Of a stretch of 64,000 bases of DNA, positions 1 through 11,200 are shown piece by piece. The notes below the pieces were generated by a model. The model saw only the letters and a program-made list of their open reading frames with translations. It was not told where the DNA came from and made no database searches. The translations under genes were made by a program, and so were the position numbers. Positions within the stretch are counted from its first letter, which is position 1; each line of letters starts with the position of its first letter. Origin of the DNA: Bacteroidales bacterium (GTDB taxonomy: Bacteria > Bacteroidota > Bacteroidia > Bacteroidales > Muribaculaceae). Location: NCBI GenBank assembly GCA_900770215.1, contig CAAGJW010000037.1:28322-92321 (forward strand), written 5' to 3'.

Positions 1-954
1 CTCCTGGGCAGGCAAACTGGCCAGGTACTCCATCAGGTCGACCAGCTTGCTGGCACGTTTTGCCTGGTCAAAGTATACCTGCACGTTGCGCTCGGCATCG
101 ACGACCACACGCACCTGCTGGCCCTGCACTTCTTTAGGAATCCATCCCTGGGCCGTGCCGAGGGCGGCAGTGAGCTCATAGCGCCCGCTCAACGCCTGCG
201 TCGCCGCTTTGGCCGCACGGCGCAAGTTGCCCTCGTAGGTTTTCTTGAAGTCGCCGTCGGCATAGAATGCCGGCGAGTCGGGAAGCAACCTCACCATGGC
301 ATCACCAAGAGCGGCGATCGTGCTGTAGTCAAAACGCTGCAGCTCGGCAGGGGCAGGCTCGGCCTTGACCTTGGAGAGCGGCATGAGCTGCATGGCATCG
401 GCCCAAGAGCTGAGCGCGATGGCCTTGCCAGGGTTGAGCGCAATGCCGCGCTTCGACAGCTCGGCCATGATGTCGACGCCGTGCAACTCAAAGATAATGA
501 ATGGGTTGTTGTCAATTTCCTGCCCCATCTTGTAGATCACAGCCGCAATGTGCTTGCAAGGCACCGCCCAGTCGGGACAGCTGCAATACATCTTCAAGTC
601 GCGCCACGACGAGGGAAACACCTTCAAGCGCTGCGCGCGTGCAATGTCGAGCACTGCCGGCGAGAGCTTGCGGTTGAGCAGCTCGGCCACGATGGCTGGA
701 TGCTGCAAGATGCCCTCGACAAGGCGATCGATCTCTTCCTGCGAGAAGGTGTCGACCTGCAGTGCCACCTTATAGGGCCTGACACGGCTGCCTTGCACGC
801 GGGCCGAGATGATATTGCCGTCGATTGTCACTTGCTTTACCGACCCGTTGCGGGCATATCGTGCCCCGCGCGGTATGCGGTTGGCATAGTCAATACTCGT
901 GAGCGACTGCAGCCAAGCATTCCCCCACCACGTTTTGCCGAAGTTAGTTGCCAT
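1..954 (-). CDS. SWIM zinc-finger protein, probably the N-terminus of a SWIM-SNF2 helicase fusion (runs off window start)
   Basis: Hand-translated from ATG at 954: MATNFGKTWWGNAWLQSL...DYANRIPRGARYARNG...MYCSCPDWAVPCKHIAAV (SWIM CxC..CxH motif); open to position 1. The SNF2 part is inferred and not visible here. Confidence 0.85.
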   Translation of the reverse strand, partial: MATNFGKTWWGNAWLQSLTSIDYANRIPRGARYARNGSVKQVTIDGNIISARVQGSRVRPYKVALQVDTFSQEEIDRLVEGILQHPAIVAELLNRKLSPAVLDIARAQRLKVFPSSWRDLKMYCSCPDWAVPCKHIAAVIYKMGQEIDNNPFIIFELHGVDIMAELSKRGIALNPGKAIALSSWADAMQLMPLSKVKAEPAPAELQRFDYSTIAALGDAMVRLLPDSPAFYADGDFKKTYEGNLRRAAKAATQALSGRYELTAALGTAQGWIPKEVQGQQVRVVVDAERNVQVYFDQAKRASKLVDLMEYLASLPAQE

Positions 955-1136
955 GAGCGATGTGAAATAAAGTGTATTGGTTTTTATTTGCTATAAAAAG
1001 TAAACGTTTTGCCCACAAAGATATATAAAAAATCACAAGTCTCGCTACTGCGCCAGCAGTTTTCAACACACCCGCAACAAAAAAACTATCGACAAAGCAG
1101 TGAAAGCCATGCCGATAGCAAATTTTACAACAATAA

Positions 1137-1213
1137 TGGTCGGGGTACCAGGATTCGAACTTGGGACCTCCTGCTCCCAAAGCAGGCGCGCTAACCAACT
1201 GCGCTACACCCCG
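1137..1213 (-). tRNA. tRNA-Pro(TGG) with encoded CCA
   Basis: Reverse complement CGGGGTGTAGCGCAGTTGGTTAGCGCGCCTGCTTTGGGAGCAGGAGGTCCCAAGTTCGAATCCTGGTACCCCGACCA; cloverleaf, TTCGAAT T-loop, anticodon TGG. Confidence 0.97.
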
Positions 1214-1455
1214 CAGGTGCAAAAACCAAAAGCGCAAAAGCGTTCAGAAAATGCGATGCAAAGGTACTACATTTTTCCGACTCTGCAAGCATTTGTTCCA
1301 ATTTTTTAATTTTTTCAAGCACGATTACCAATTGTGCCAATAATGTTGTAATTTTGTGAATTGGTTGCGCCGGCAAGCCTGAAGAGCAGGCCTTGGCGTG
1401 CGTTGCCACACTACAAGAGCAAGAATAACAAACTACAATAATCTCAAGAAGAAAG

Positions 1456-3234
1456 ATGTACAGGACAAAGACTAATGGCGAGCTTCGCCTCGAGAATGCA
1501 GGCGAAGTGGTGACCTTGGCAGGCTGGGTGCAACGCACCCGCAAGATGGGCGGCATGACCTTCGTCGACCTGCGCGACCGCTACGGCATCACGCAGATTG
1601 TGTTTAACAACGACGTCGACGCCGACCTGTGTGAGCGTGCCAACAAGCTGGGCCGCGAATATGTGATACAAGTGAAAGGCACTGTGGCTGAGCGCTCAAG
1701 CAAGAACCCGAAGATGGCCACTGGCGACATCGAGATCATAGCCAGCGAGCTCAACGTGCTCAGCCCGAGTCTCACGCCCCCCTTCACCATCGAGGACAAC
1801 ACCGACGGCGGCGACGACCTGCGCATGAAATACCGCTACCTCGACCTGCGCCGCTCGTGCGTGCGCAAGAACCTGGAACTGCGCCACCAGATGGCAATAT
1901 TGATACGCAACTATCTCGACTCCAAAGATTTCATCGAGGTCGAGACGCCCATCCTGATAGGCTCCACGCCCGAGGGCGCCCGCGACTTTGTGGTGCCCTC
2001 GCGCATGAACCCCGGCCAGTTCTATGCACTGCCGCAGAGCCCGCAGACGCTCAAGCAGCTGCTCATGGTGGCAGGTTTCGACCGCTACTTCCAGATTGCC
2101 AAGTGCTTCCGCGACGAGGACCTGCGAGCCGACCGCCAGCCCGAGTTCACCCAGATCGACTGCGAGATGAGCTTTGTCGACCAGGAGGACGTGATCGAGA
2201 TCTTTGAAGACATGGCGCGCATGCTGTTTAAGAAGATACGCAACGTCGACCTGCCCCAGAAGCTGCAGCAGATGACCTGGGCCGAGGCCATGCGCCGCTT
2301 CGGCAGCGACAAGCCCGACCTGCGCTTCGGCATGGAGTTTGTCGAGCTTATGGACGTGATGAAGAAAGGCAAGTTCAGCGTCTTCGACGATGCTGCCTAC
2401 ATAGGCGGCATATGCGTGCCAGGATGCGCCAGCTACACCCGCAAGCAGCTCGACCAGCTCACCGACTTTGTGAAGCGTCCGCAAGTGGGCGCCAAGGGCC
2501 TGGTCTATGTGAAATACAACGCCGACGGCACCGTCAAGAGCAGCGTCGACAAGTTCTACAGCAAGGAAGACCTGGCCGAGCTCAAGGCCAAGATGGGCGC
2601 CAACGACGGCGACCTGGTGCTGATATTGAGCGGCGACAACGCCAACAAGACCCGCGTGCAGCTGTGCTCGCTGCGCCTGGAGATGGGCGACCGCCTGGGC
2701 CTGCGCGACAAGAACGTGTTCAAGTGCCTGTGGATTATCGACTTCCCGCTCTTTGAGTGGAGCGACGAGGAGCAGCGCCTCATGGCCACACACCATCCCT
2801 TCACCATGCCCAACCCCGACGACATACCGCTGCTCGACGAGCATCCCGAGCGCGTGAGAGCCAAGGCCTACGACTTTGTGTGCAACGGCATCGAGGTGGG
2901 CGGCGGCAGCCTGCGTATACACGACACCAACCTGCAGGACAAGATGTTCAAGATACTGGGCTTCACCGAGGAGCGTGCCCAGGCACAATTTGGCTTCTTG
3001 ATGAACGCCTTCAAGTACGGAGCACCGCCCCACGCCGGCCTGGCATTCGGTTTCGACCGCTTTGTGTCGATACTGGCCGGTCTCGACAGCATACGCGACT
3101 GCATTGCCTTCCCCAAGAACAACAGCGGCCGCGACGTGATGCTCGACGCCCCCGGCACGCTCGAGCCCAAGCAGCTCGAGGAGCTGTGCCTCAAGATCGA
3201 CGACGACCGCGTGAAAGGCGCAACCGAGCAGTAA
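1456..3234 (+). CDS. aspS: aspartate--tRNA ligase
   Basis: 592 aa; [57 protein letters not shown] motifs. Confidence 0.99.
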   Translation: MYRTKTNGELRLENAGEVVTLAGWVQRTRKMGGMTFVDLRDRYGITQIVFNNDVDADLCERANKLGREYVIQVKGTVAERSSKNPKMATGDIEIIASELNVLSPSLTPPFTIEDNTDGGDDLRMKYRYLDLRRSCVRKNLELRHQMAILIRNYLDSKDFIEVETPILIGSTPEGARDFVVPSRMNPGQFYALPQSPQTLKQLLMVAGFDRYFQIAKCFRDEDLRADRQPEFTQIDCEMSFVDQEDVIEIFEDMARMLFKKIRNVDLPQKLQQMTWAEAMRRFGSDKPDLRFGMEFVELMDVMKKGKFSVFDDAAYIGGICVPGCASYTRKQLDQLTDFVKRPQVGAKGLVYVKYNADGTVKSSVDKFYSKEDLAELKAKMGANDGDLVLILSGDNANKTRVQLCSLRLEMGDRLGLRDKNVFKCLWIIDFPLFEWSDEEQRLMATHHPFTMPNPDDIPLLDEHPERVRAKAYDFVCNGIEVGGGSLRIHDTNLQDKMFKILGFTEERAQAQFGFLMNAFKYGAPPHAGLAFGFDRFVSILAGLDSIRDCIAFPKNNSGRDVMLDAPGTLEPKQLEELCLKIDDDRVKGATEQ

Positions 3235-3283
3235 CACTGAGACACACGTGCCATGGCTATGCCTGGCAACTGACAAACAAGTA

Positions 3284-3319
3284 AAATCCCGTGCGAGCCG
3301 CAATGCTCGCACGGGATTT
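3284..3319. terminator. intrinsic terminator hairpin, likely bidirectional
   Basis: Perfect 15-bp stem AAATCCCGTGCGAGC / GCTCGCACGGGATTT with loop CGCAAT, downstream of aspS. Confidence 0.8.
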
Positions 3320-3380
3320 CCTTATTTATTGTTGCCTGTTGCTCCCGAAATGCGTTTCAAGAGAACCTGCTTGGGGCTTG

Positions 3381-3604
3381 CTATCGCACCACTTGCTTAG
3401 AGGCCGTTATGGCGCCATTCTGGTAGCGGACGACCTTGAGGAGCACGCCCTTGTGGCTGGCAGCCACCGTGCCCGTATACATCTCGCGATCGTAATACAC
3501 CCTGTCGAGCCCCTTCACCACATAGGGGGCCAGTGGCAGCCACAGCGCCGGCACTCCAGCAGTGACATGGATGCCACAACAAGAGCAAATGTCTTCTTCA
3601 TCAT
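3381..3604 (-). pseudogene. collapsed remnant of a paralog of the giant GLUG-type protein at 5250-11201
   Basis: Signal-peptide-like start MMKKTFALVVASMSLL (ATG 3604), frameshift, then YVVKGLDRVYYDREMYTGT joined to VAASHKGVLLKVVRYQNGAITASKQVVR, matching two separate C-terminal segments of the neighbouring protein. Confidence 0.8.
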
Positions 3605-3730
3605 GCTTTCTGATTTTGTAATCGTTGACTTTGCTTGTTGCGCGATACAAGAGATGTTGCATTGCAGCAAGATTTTTCGCTTATGCTACAGGAATACAGA
3701 ATGCATCCGCTCAAAAAACCAAAGAATCTT

Positions 3731-3761
3731 TTTGGAGTTTAAAAGGAAAGGCGTATCTTCG
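3731..3761 (+). promoter_or_regulatory. Bacteroidetes-type -33/-7 promoter for the DUF1016 transcript
   Basis: TTTG (3731-3734), 19-nt spacer, TATCTTCG (3754-3761; one mismatch to TAnnTTTG). Confidence 0.55.
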
Positions 3762-3767
3762 CAGCAA

Positions 3768-3825
3768 CATACTCACCCCGCTTCCTATAAGAACAGTGCG
3801 CTCAGGATGGGTCTTTTTGTATATG
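3768..3825 (+). ncRNA. candidate structured leader/ncRNA (abiF-motif-like) upstream of DUF1016 nuclease
   Basis: ACTCACCC pairs with GGATGGGT, enclosing TTCCTATAAGAA and AGTGCGCT mini-stems, followed by CTTTTT; starts just after the promoter. Family assignment is from recall only. Confidence 0.4.
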
Positions 3826-3871
3826 AAAAGCAGAGACATGGTGATTACAAGAAATCAACAAATCAGATCTC

Positions 3872-5057
3872 ATGGAAAAAGACAACAATATCGTCAAGCC
3901 TATCAGCGGTCTTTCACCTATACTACGCACAGCTGTCGATAACATAAAGCAGGCTATCCTCGAAAGCCAGCTTCGCGCCACCAAGTATGCCAACAGTGTG
4001 GAGCTGTCACTGTATTATGGCATCGGACATTACATCTCCAACAACTCAAGAGATGGATATTGGGGAAAAGGCGCTATTAATACCATCAGCGAGCAACTTC
4101 ATAAAGAATTGCCAGGACTACGCGGTTTTTCAAGCACATCGTTGAAGAACATGCGACAGTTTTACGAAACATGGAGTAAAACGATAGAAAGCACGAGAGA
4201 TGATGAATCGCCAGCTGTGGCTGACGATTTAGCTAATGCATTAGATATCAATACTGATGAGTTACTTCCCATAAATCGCCAGCCAGTGGCTGGCGAAATT
4301 ACAGATTTCAACATTGTGGAATTTCTAAGCCTCAGTTTCACCCATCACATGGAGATTCTGAATAAGACTCGTGACCTACCTTCTCGTTTATTCTACATCC
4401 ACTTTGCCCTTGTGGGCAAGTGGAACAAGAATATGTTGCGTGATGCATTGAAGGCTGACCTGTACCACCACCAGGGACAACTGCCCAGCAACTTTGCCAA
4501 GACCGTGCCGACCTCACAGGCGTTGAAAGCGATACAGATGTTCAAAGACGAATACCTTCTCGACTTCATGAACGTCGAGGAGTTGGGGGGAGCGTGACAA
4601 AGAGGATATTGATGAGCGAGTAGTCGAGCAAGCCATCATCCACAATGTGAAGAACTTTATCATGACCTTCGGGAAGGACTTTACGTTTGTTGGCAATCAG
4701 TATCATTTGGAGAAGTTCGGACATGAGTTGTTCCCGGATTTGCTTTTCTTCAACAGAGAGCTGGCTGCCCTCGTTTGTGTGGAACTAAAGCGTGGGGATT
4801 TCAAGCCATCATATCTTGGTCAACTTAGTGCATACCTGAAAGTGCTTGACGACACGGTCAAAAAGCCCTTCGAGAATCCAAGCATAGGACTTATACTCTG
4901 CAAGAGTGCCGACAAGACTTTCGTCGAGTATCTCATTCAAGACTATGACCGTCCGATGGGCGTCGCCACCTACAAGTCAAAGGAGGACATCCTCAAAGTC
5001 CTGCCGCCAGCCGAGGAGTTGGAAAAGCTATTGGATGGAGACGACAAAGAAGAATAA
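3872..5057 (+). pseudogene. DUF1016/YhcG family PD-(D/E)XK nuclease, split by a +1 frameshift in a G6 tract (4585-4590)
   Basis: First ORF has LYYGIGHYIS, WGKGAINTISEQL, GFSSTSLKNMRQFY, FKDEYLLDF; second has FTFVGNQYHL, PDLLFFNREL, VELKRGDFKPSYLGQL, ENPSIGLILC. Removing one G gives the continuous EELGERDKEDIDERVVEQAIIHNVKNF. Confidence 0.88.
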
Positions 5058-5154
5058 ACATCATCCTCACACACTAACAGATCATGTTGCGTTCAAGTGT
5101 TAACCATTCCTTGACAATTCTTCTTCGTCCAGTTTCATCTTTATTTTAATCTAA

Positions 5155-5190
5155 AAATCCCGTGCAGCCATTGCGGCTCGCACGGGATTT
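5155..5190. terminator. intrinsic terminator hairpin between convergent genes; near copy of 3284-3319
   Basis: AAATCCCGTGCAGCC-ATTGCG-GCTCGCACGGGATTT followed by CTTTT. Confidence 0.75.
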
Positions 5191-5249
5191 CTTTTATGCC
5201 ATTAGACTGTGTGCGTCTTGCTCCATTGGGCAAGAGCACCATGGGCAGG

Positions 5250-8200
5250 CTATCGCACTACCAGCTTGGTAGCTCTTGTGGCGCCATTCTGGTAGCAAAC
5301 GACCTTGATGAGCACACCCTTGTGGTTGGCATCCACCTTGCGGCCCTGCAAGTCATAGTAGGTAACGCTCAGCACCGGGCTGTCGGCCACTGTGCCAGTT
5401 ACACCAGTGGTGGAGGCAATCGTGAGCTTGTAGCTCTTGGAGAGCTCACCCATGGTCTTGGTGATCGTGACCTCGCCTGTTGCAGTGGGGATGGCATTGC
5501 TGCCGTCGAAGGTGACGATGGCAGGGCTGGCCGTCCACACCGTGCCCTCGGGAGTGCCCACCACAAAGGGGCCGTGCACGTTGTCGCGCGTGTCGAGAGG
5601 ACCGAGCACTGGCGTAGCAGCATAGAAGTTGAGCACAGCATTGTCGGTCATCGACACGAGTGTGGGATAGAAGCCCTCCTTGAGCTGGAAGGTGCTGCCC
5701 AGCGAGTCGCACAGGGCCAGCTCGCGTGTAGTGAGACCGCTGGCCATCGAGTCGGTCGAGCTCAAGGTGCCAGTAAACACCTCGCGGTCGTAGTACACAC
5801 TGTCGAGCCCCTTCATCACATAGTCGCCGTCGGCAGCCACAGCACCGCCCAGTTGGGCGTTGGCACTGTGCACATTGCCAGCACTGTAGCAGCGACTCAT
5901 GACCGTGCTGCTGTTGTCCACGGTAGCCATCAAGCCAGCCACCAGTTGCGGACCGGCCACATCGCCCAGGTTATAGCAGTCGGCAACCTCAGGAGTGCCG
6001 TGGGCCACCAAGCCCGCGGCATTGCCCTGGCTGTCGCTGCCCGTGGCGCTGGAGCAAGTCACGTTGCCCACATTGGCACAACGCAGCACACGGCCCTGGC
6101 TATAACCGGCGATACCAGCCACGCCACTGCCGCTGGCCTCGACATTGCCGGCATTCCAGCAGTCGGTGAGGTCGGCCGAACGGCAATAGCCAGCCAAGCC
6201 GCCCACATAGTCGCCGCTGCCGCCCAGCACGTCGCCCGTGTTGTAGCAGGCAGCAAACTCGATGCCAGCGCTCACATTGCCAGCCAAGCCACCCACACGC
6301 TTGCCGCTGCCAGCGACCAAGCCCGTGTTGTAGCAACGCTCGAGGCGAGCATCGTCGCCAGCCGACGACTTGTAGTTGAACGCGCCCACCAGGCCGCCGC
6401 AATCGGAGCCCGAGGCGGTGACGGTACCCGTGTTGTAGCAGTCGGTCACGACAAAGGCATTCTGCATGTAGCCAGCAAAGCCGCCTGCTTGAGAATTGCC
6501 GGTGACGTCACCCTCGTTGTGGTTGTTGATGATAATGCTGGCCGTGCTGCGTGAGTTTCCATAGCCTATCACGCCGCCCGCATAGCTGCCTGTGCCGGTG
6601 ACGGTGCCATAGTTGACGCAGTTGGCAATGGTGTCGCACGACGATGTGGCGACAATGCCGCCCAGCGAGCTGCCGCCAGAGATATTACCCTTGTTGGTGC
6701 AATTGATGATTGTGCCGGCACCGTCGCAGGCAATGCCGCCCACACTGCGGGCACCGTCGAGGTTGGCCTCGTTGACACAATCAACGACACGCGTGTTATT
6801 ACCTGTCATCGAACCCACGATGCCGCCCATGTAGCCGCCAGCAGGGGCCACATTGCCCTTGTTGACACAGTTTTTCACCATGCCATTGCCGAGCAGGGCA
6901 TAGACGATGCCGCCTGCATAGCCCTGCTTGGGCGTTGTGAGCTTGCCGCTGGCCAGCGTCAGGTTTTCGAGCTCGCAATAGGCTCGGCCGGCAAAGGCGC
7001 CCAGGTAGCGATAGGCCGTAACATTGATGTCGGCCAGGGTGAGGTCGTGCAAGCGGGCCTTGGCACCCAAGGTGCCAAACAGGCCTTGATACTCATCTTC
7101 GTCGTGGTTGATAGTGACATGGCTCAGCGTCTTGCCATTGCCGTCGAAGTCGGCTTCAAACGTGGCGTTGCCGCCAGCCACCGGCACAAAGTTGGCCTGA
7201 GTCGAGAAGTCGATGTCGTTCATCACCTTGAAATAGTTGCCATCGAAGCTGTAGAGCTCGAGGGTAGTGAAACGGCTCAAGGTGTTCATGTCGGCCACGG
7301 TCTTGATTTGATAGGGGCTTGCAGCAGTGCCCTCGCCGTCCCACAACTTGGGCACCGTGCGCAACGGTATGGCCTTGGTGTAACCCTTGTAGGTCACCAC
7401 GAGCGTGTCGCGCAGCGAGGTGGTGTCGGCCTTGAGCGTGACGCTCAAGGTGCGATTGTCGATCTTGTAGTCGGTGCCCTGCTTGAGCGTCCAGGTCATG
7501 CCGGCAAGCTGGTTGAGCGTGGCCGGGAGCGTCATGTTGTCGACCGTCTCGGCGCTGTCGAGGGTCACCACCATCTTGCGGTGAGCATTGGCAGCCGGCT
7601 CGTTGCGGAAGGCCGTGAGCACAGGATACATGCCCTTCTGCCAGTTGTACTTGCTGGCATCGAGGCTGTCGAGCGCCTTGCCGCTGGTGAGTGTGGCCGT
7701 GAGTAAGCCCGTGCAAGTGCCGTACTCGCCACGAGCTGTAGCCTTGTTTTGGGCAATCTGGCGATCGTAGTAGTTGGTCCAGCTGGTAGCCTCGGGCAAC
7801 GTAGATCCCGAGATGGCGCCCGTCTGCTCATCGACCAGGTCTGCATCGACCATGCCATAGTTGATGTTGCAACGCATCACAGCGCCGCGTGTGCTGCTCG
7901 AGGTGATGCCGCCGGCACTGCGCAAGGTGTGCACATAGCCGGTGTTGATGTTGTACTGCACCACGGCCTTGGAGCCCGATACCTGGCCGGCGATGCCGCC
8001 CACGGTGCGCTGGGCCTGGGCCGAGTAGAACGAGTTGATGGAGTCGGCATGCACCTCGCCGTCGTTTTGGCAATACTCCACTGTGCCGGCATGCACGCCC
8101 ACGATGCCGCCCACCACGCTGCTGCCCGAGGTGATGGTGCCGGCATTGTAGCAACCCGTGATGACAGAGCCCGTGACCGACTGGCCGGCGATGCCTGCAG

Positions 8201-11200
8201 CGTAGGAGCCTATGGTGGTCACCTCGGCATTGTTGCGGCAATTCTCGATGCGACCCAGGGTGACGGCAGCAATGCCGCCGGCAATCTCAAAGGCACGCAC
8301 CTTGCAATCGCTGGCAAGGGTGAGGTTCTTGATCACACTATTCTTGTTGCAATAGCCGAAGAGACCGGCCACGCGGCGCGACTTGGCTCGCACGGCCATG
8401 CCCGTTGCGTCGCAGTATATCGAGTCGATCACAAAGTTGTGGATGGCAAAGCCGCCACCATCGTAGATGCCGTCGAAGGTGTGATTCTTATTCATGTCGT
8501 CGCCCACACCCTGGAAGGCCTTGTCGCCCTGGCAGTCGATGTCGCGCGTCTGGCGGAAGTAATCGCCAGTAAAAGATGACGGCGACGTGCTCGACGTGAC
8601 AGCGGCATTGAGGGCAATGAGGTCCTCTTTTGACTGTATCAAGTAGGGATCGCTCTCGGTGCCCGTGCCCACCAGACCGGTAGGATTGGACGTCTTCAAG
8701 TTCACAAACTTAATGTACTTGCCGTTGCCGGCAGTGCCCACGAGCAAGGAAGAAGCGCTCACCCCAGTGAGGGTGACCGTGCTATCGTTGATGACAAGGC
8801 CCGTCGACTTCTTGGTAAGCTGCTCGTTTTCATACACATACCAGTCGATGCCGTTCTGTGTCGAGACGGTGAAAGCCGTCTTCACCTTCTGGGTTGTCTC
8901 GCCATCGGCAAGCGTGACAGGCGCAACGCTCAAGTTGCTCACATCGGTGCCGGCAAGCGCCTTGAGTTGAGGATACAACCCCTTGTGGAACGTCCACACA
9001 TCGGTGCTATAGCCTGCCAGGGGTTCGCCGCTGGCGAGCTGGCTGGTGGTGGCAGCCATGTAGCTGAGCGAGTCGGTGAGCTCGGCAGTGGTCATCTGCT
9101 TGTCGTAGTAGCAGCCAGTGAACACCGTCTTCTTGAAACGGACGCCATAGAGGCCTTCGTGACCGGTTACGGTGGCCATGATCACCTGGCCGGTGTTCAA
9201 GCAGCGGTCGAGCGTGTTGGTCGTCTTGCTGTTGTCGAGCATGTAGCCCACAAGGCCGCCCACCTGCTTGCAGTTGCCACTGCTCACAAGTTCGTTGCTG
9301 GTGTAGCAGTCGGCCAGCTTGGCGCCGCTTATCATGCCAGCCAAGCCGCCCGCCATGCCATTGCGGGCACTGGTCACTTGAGCATTGATGGCCACATTGC
9401 TGAGGCAACGCGCCATGTCGCCGCTCAGGTTGCCCACGATGCCGCCCACCACGCCCTGTGGCACGGTCACCGTGATAGTGCCAGTGGCATAGCACTCGGC
9501 CAGCGTCTGGTCGGGGTCACCCACCGTGGCGCTGAAGTGGCCGGCAATGCCGCCCACGCCACGCTGGAACTGGTTGAAGCACTCGTCGTAGGTCATGCTC
9601 AGCGAGGCATGGCAACGCTCCAGACCTGAGTAGTTGGCATAGCCGGCGATGCCGCCAGTGATGCCGCCGGCAGCAATCGAGCCGTCGAAGGCGCAGTCAC
9701 TCACCTTGGCTCTGTTGACGTAGCCCACGATGCCGCCGCCGTAGCTGTTGTGGTGTGCAATGGCAGCATGGGTCACCTGCACGTGGTCGATGTTTCCCTT
9801 GCTATAGGCTACCAAGCCGCCGGCATAGGTGCCGTAGCTCGTGAGCGAGAGGCTGTCGAGATTCACGTTCTTGATTGCAGCCGAGTCGCCGGCATAGGCA
9901 AACAGGCCGGCATAGGACACCTTGCCAGCCGAAATGTCGAGGTGCTTGATGGCATAGCCCTTGCCGTCGAAGGTGCCTTGGAACTGGTGGCTGGCACCGT
10001 CGCCAGCCGGGCGATAGGCACTTGCGGCCTTGCTCATGTCGATGTCGGCGCCCAGTGTCACCCACTTGGCGCCATAGCTGATGCCGCGGGTCACACTTTG
10101 AGCAAACGCCGTGAGCTGGTCGGGCGTCTTTATCACATAGGGATCGGCCTCAGAGCCGCTGCCCGTCCAGTCAAGCGCTTTTTCCTGGGGGAAGGAAACC
10201 ACGCCCGAGGCATATTCGATCTTCGACGACTTGTAGGGATAGGGGCACAACTTCTTGCTACTCACGTTGAAGATGCCCCAGTTGCCCAGGTCGATTTCAG
10301 TATCGGTGGCAGTGCCCTCGATACTGGCGTCGATGTAGCTGGTGCTCTTGGCCCAGTTGGCTGGGAAGCACATGAAATCGCCACGCGAGAGGGTGCGGTA
10401 GATGAACTGCGGCGCAATCTCAACCGTTTTGTCGGGATTGACATAGGCGTTCACCGCCACCGAGTTGCCAGCGAAGTTCACGATCGAGATTTGGTTGTCG
10501 CGAGGCTGCTCGATATAGACCGGATAGGTCTCGATGGAGTCGGCCGGCGTCTGGTACACATTGGTCATCACTGCATTGGTGGCCATCAAGTCGGTACTCT
10601 TGAAGGTGCCGAAGGTGCCTCCCTTGTACTGGCCCGAAATCAGGAAAAGGCCCCAACTGCCCAGGTGAATGTTGCCTTGGGCGTCGATAGTGCCCTGAAG
10701 GGGGTCGGCAGTGCTGTAGGTTTTCTTGTCCCAATCGATAGGACAAATGTAGACAGGCCCGTAGGTGGGATGATTGTAGACCACCTGCACAGCGATAGTC
10801 ACTGTAGAGGCTGTATAGGTCATCGTCATCTTGTTGGCCCCCACATAGAGGCCATTGAGCTGTGCCGTGCCGCCTTGCTGCGAGGTGACGACGGTGTCCA
10901 TGAGATTAGCCAGCTGGTGAGAGCCATCGGCATTGTTGTAGTACTCGGCATAGAGCAAAGTCTTGCCCGCCGCCAGGCTGCGGGCAGGAGCCCGCGAGCC
11001 ACGGTTTTGCACATCGGGCATCTTGCAGCTGCCTTCGGTCCACACCCCGCCTTGCAGTTTCCACGCATCGGCGCGGGCGCTGGCCCGCCCTTCAACCTGT
11101 TGGCCAGAATTGCCGGGGGCTGCTGTTGCCGCGTTCTGTGCCCAGCAGGCCATCGACAGCATGCTGAACACAACACAGAAAATCAAGTTTACTTTTTTCA

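Noticed and set aside
1137..1213. tRNA-Pro as an integration site or pseudo-tRNA (A-C mismatch in the T-stem)
   Set aside because: No integrase or duplicated tRNA 3' end in the window; all other arms and the CCA are intact
3381..5830. Diversity-generating retroelement (remnant as template repeat for the C-terminus of the GLUG-type gene)
   Set aside because: Differences between the copies involve all four bases and include synonymous third-position changes, so they are not adenine-specific; no intact reverse transcriptase in the window
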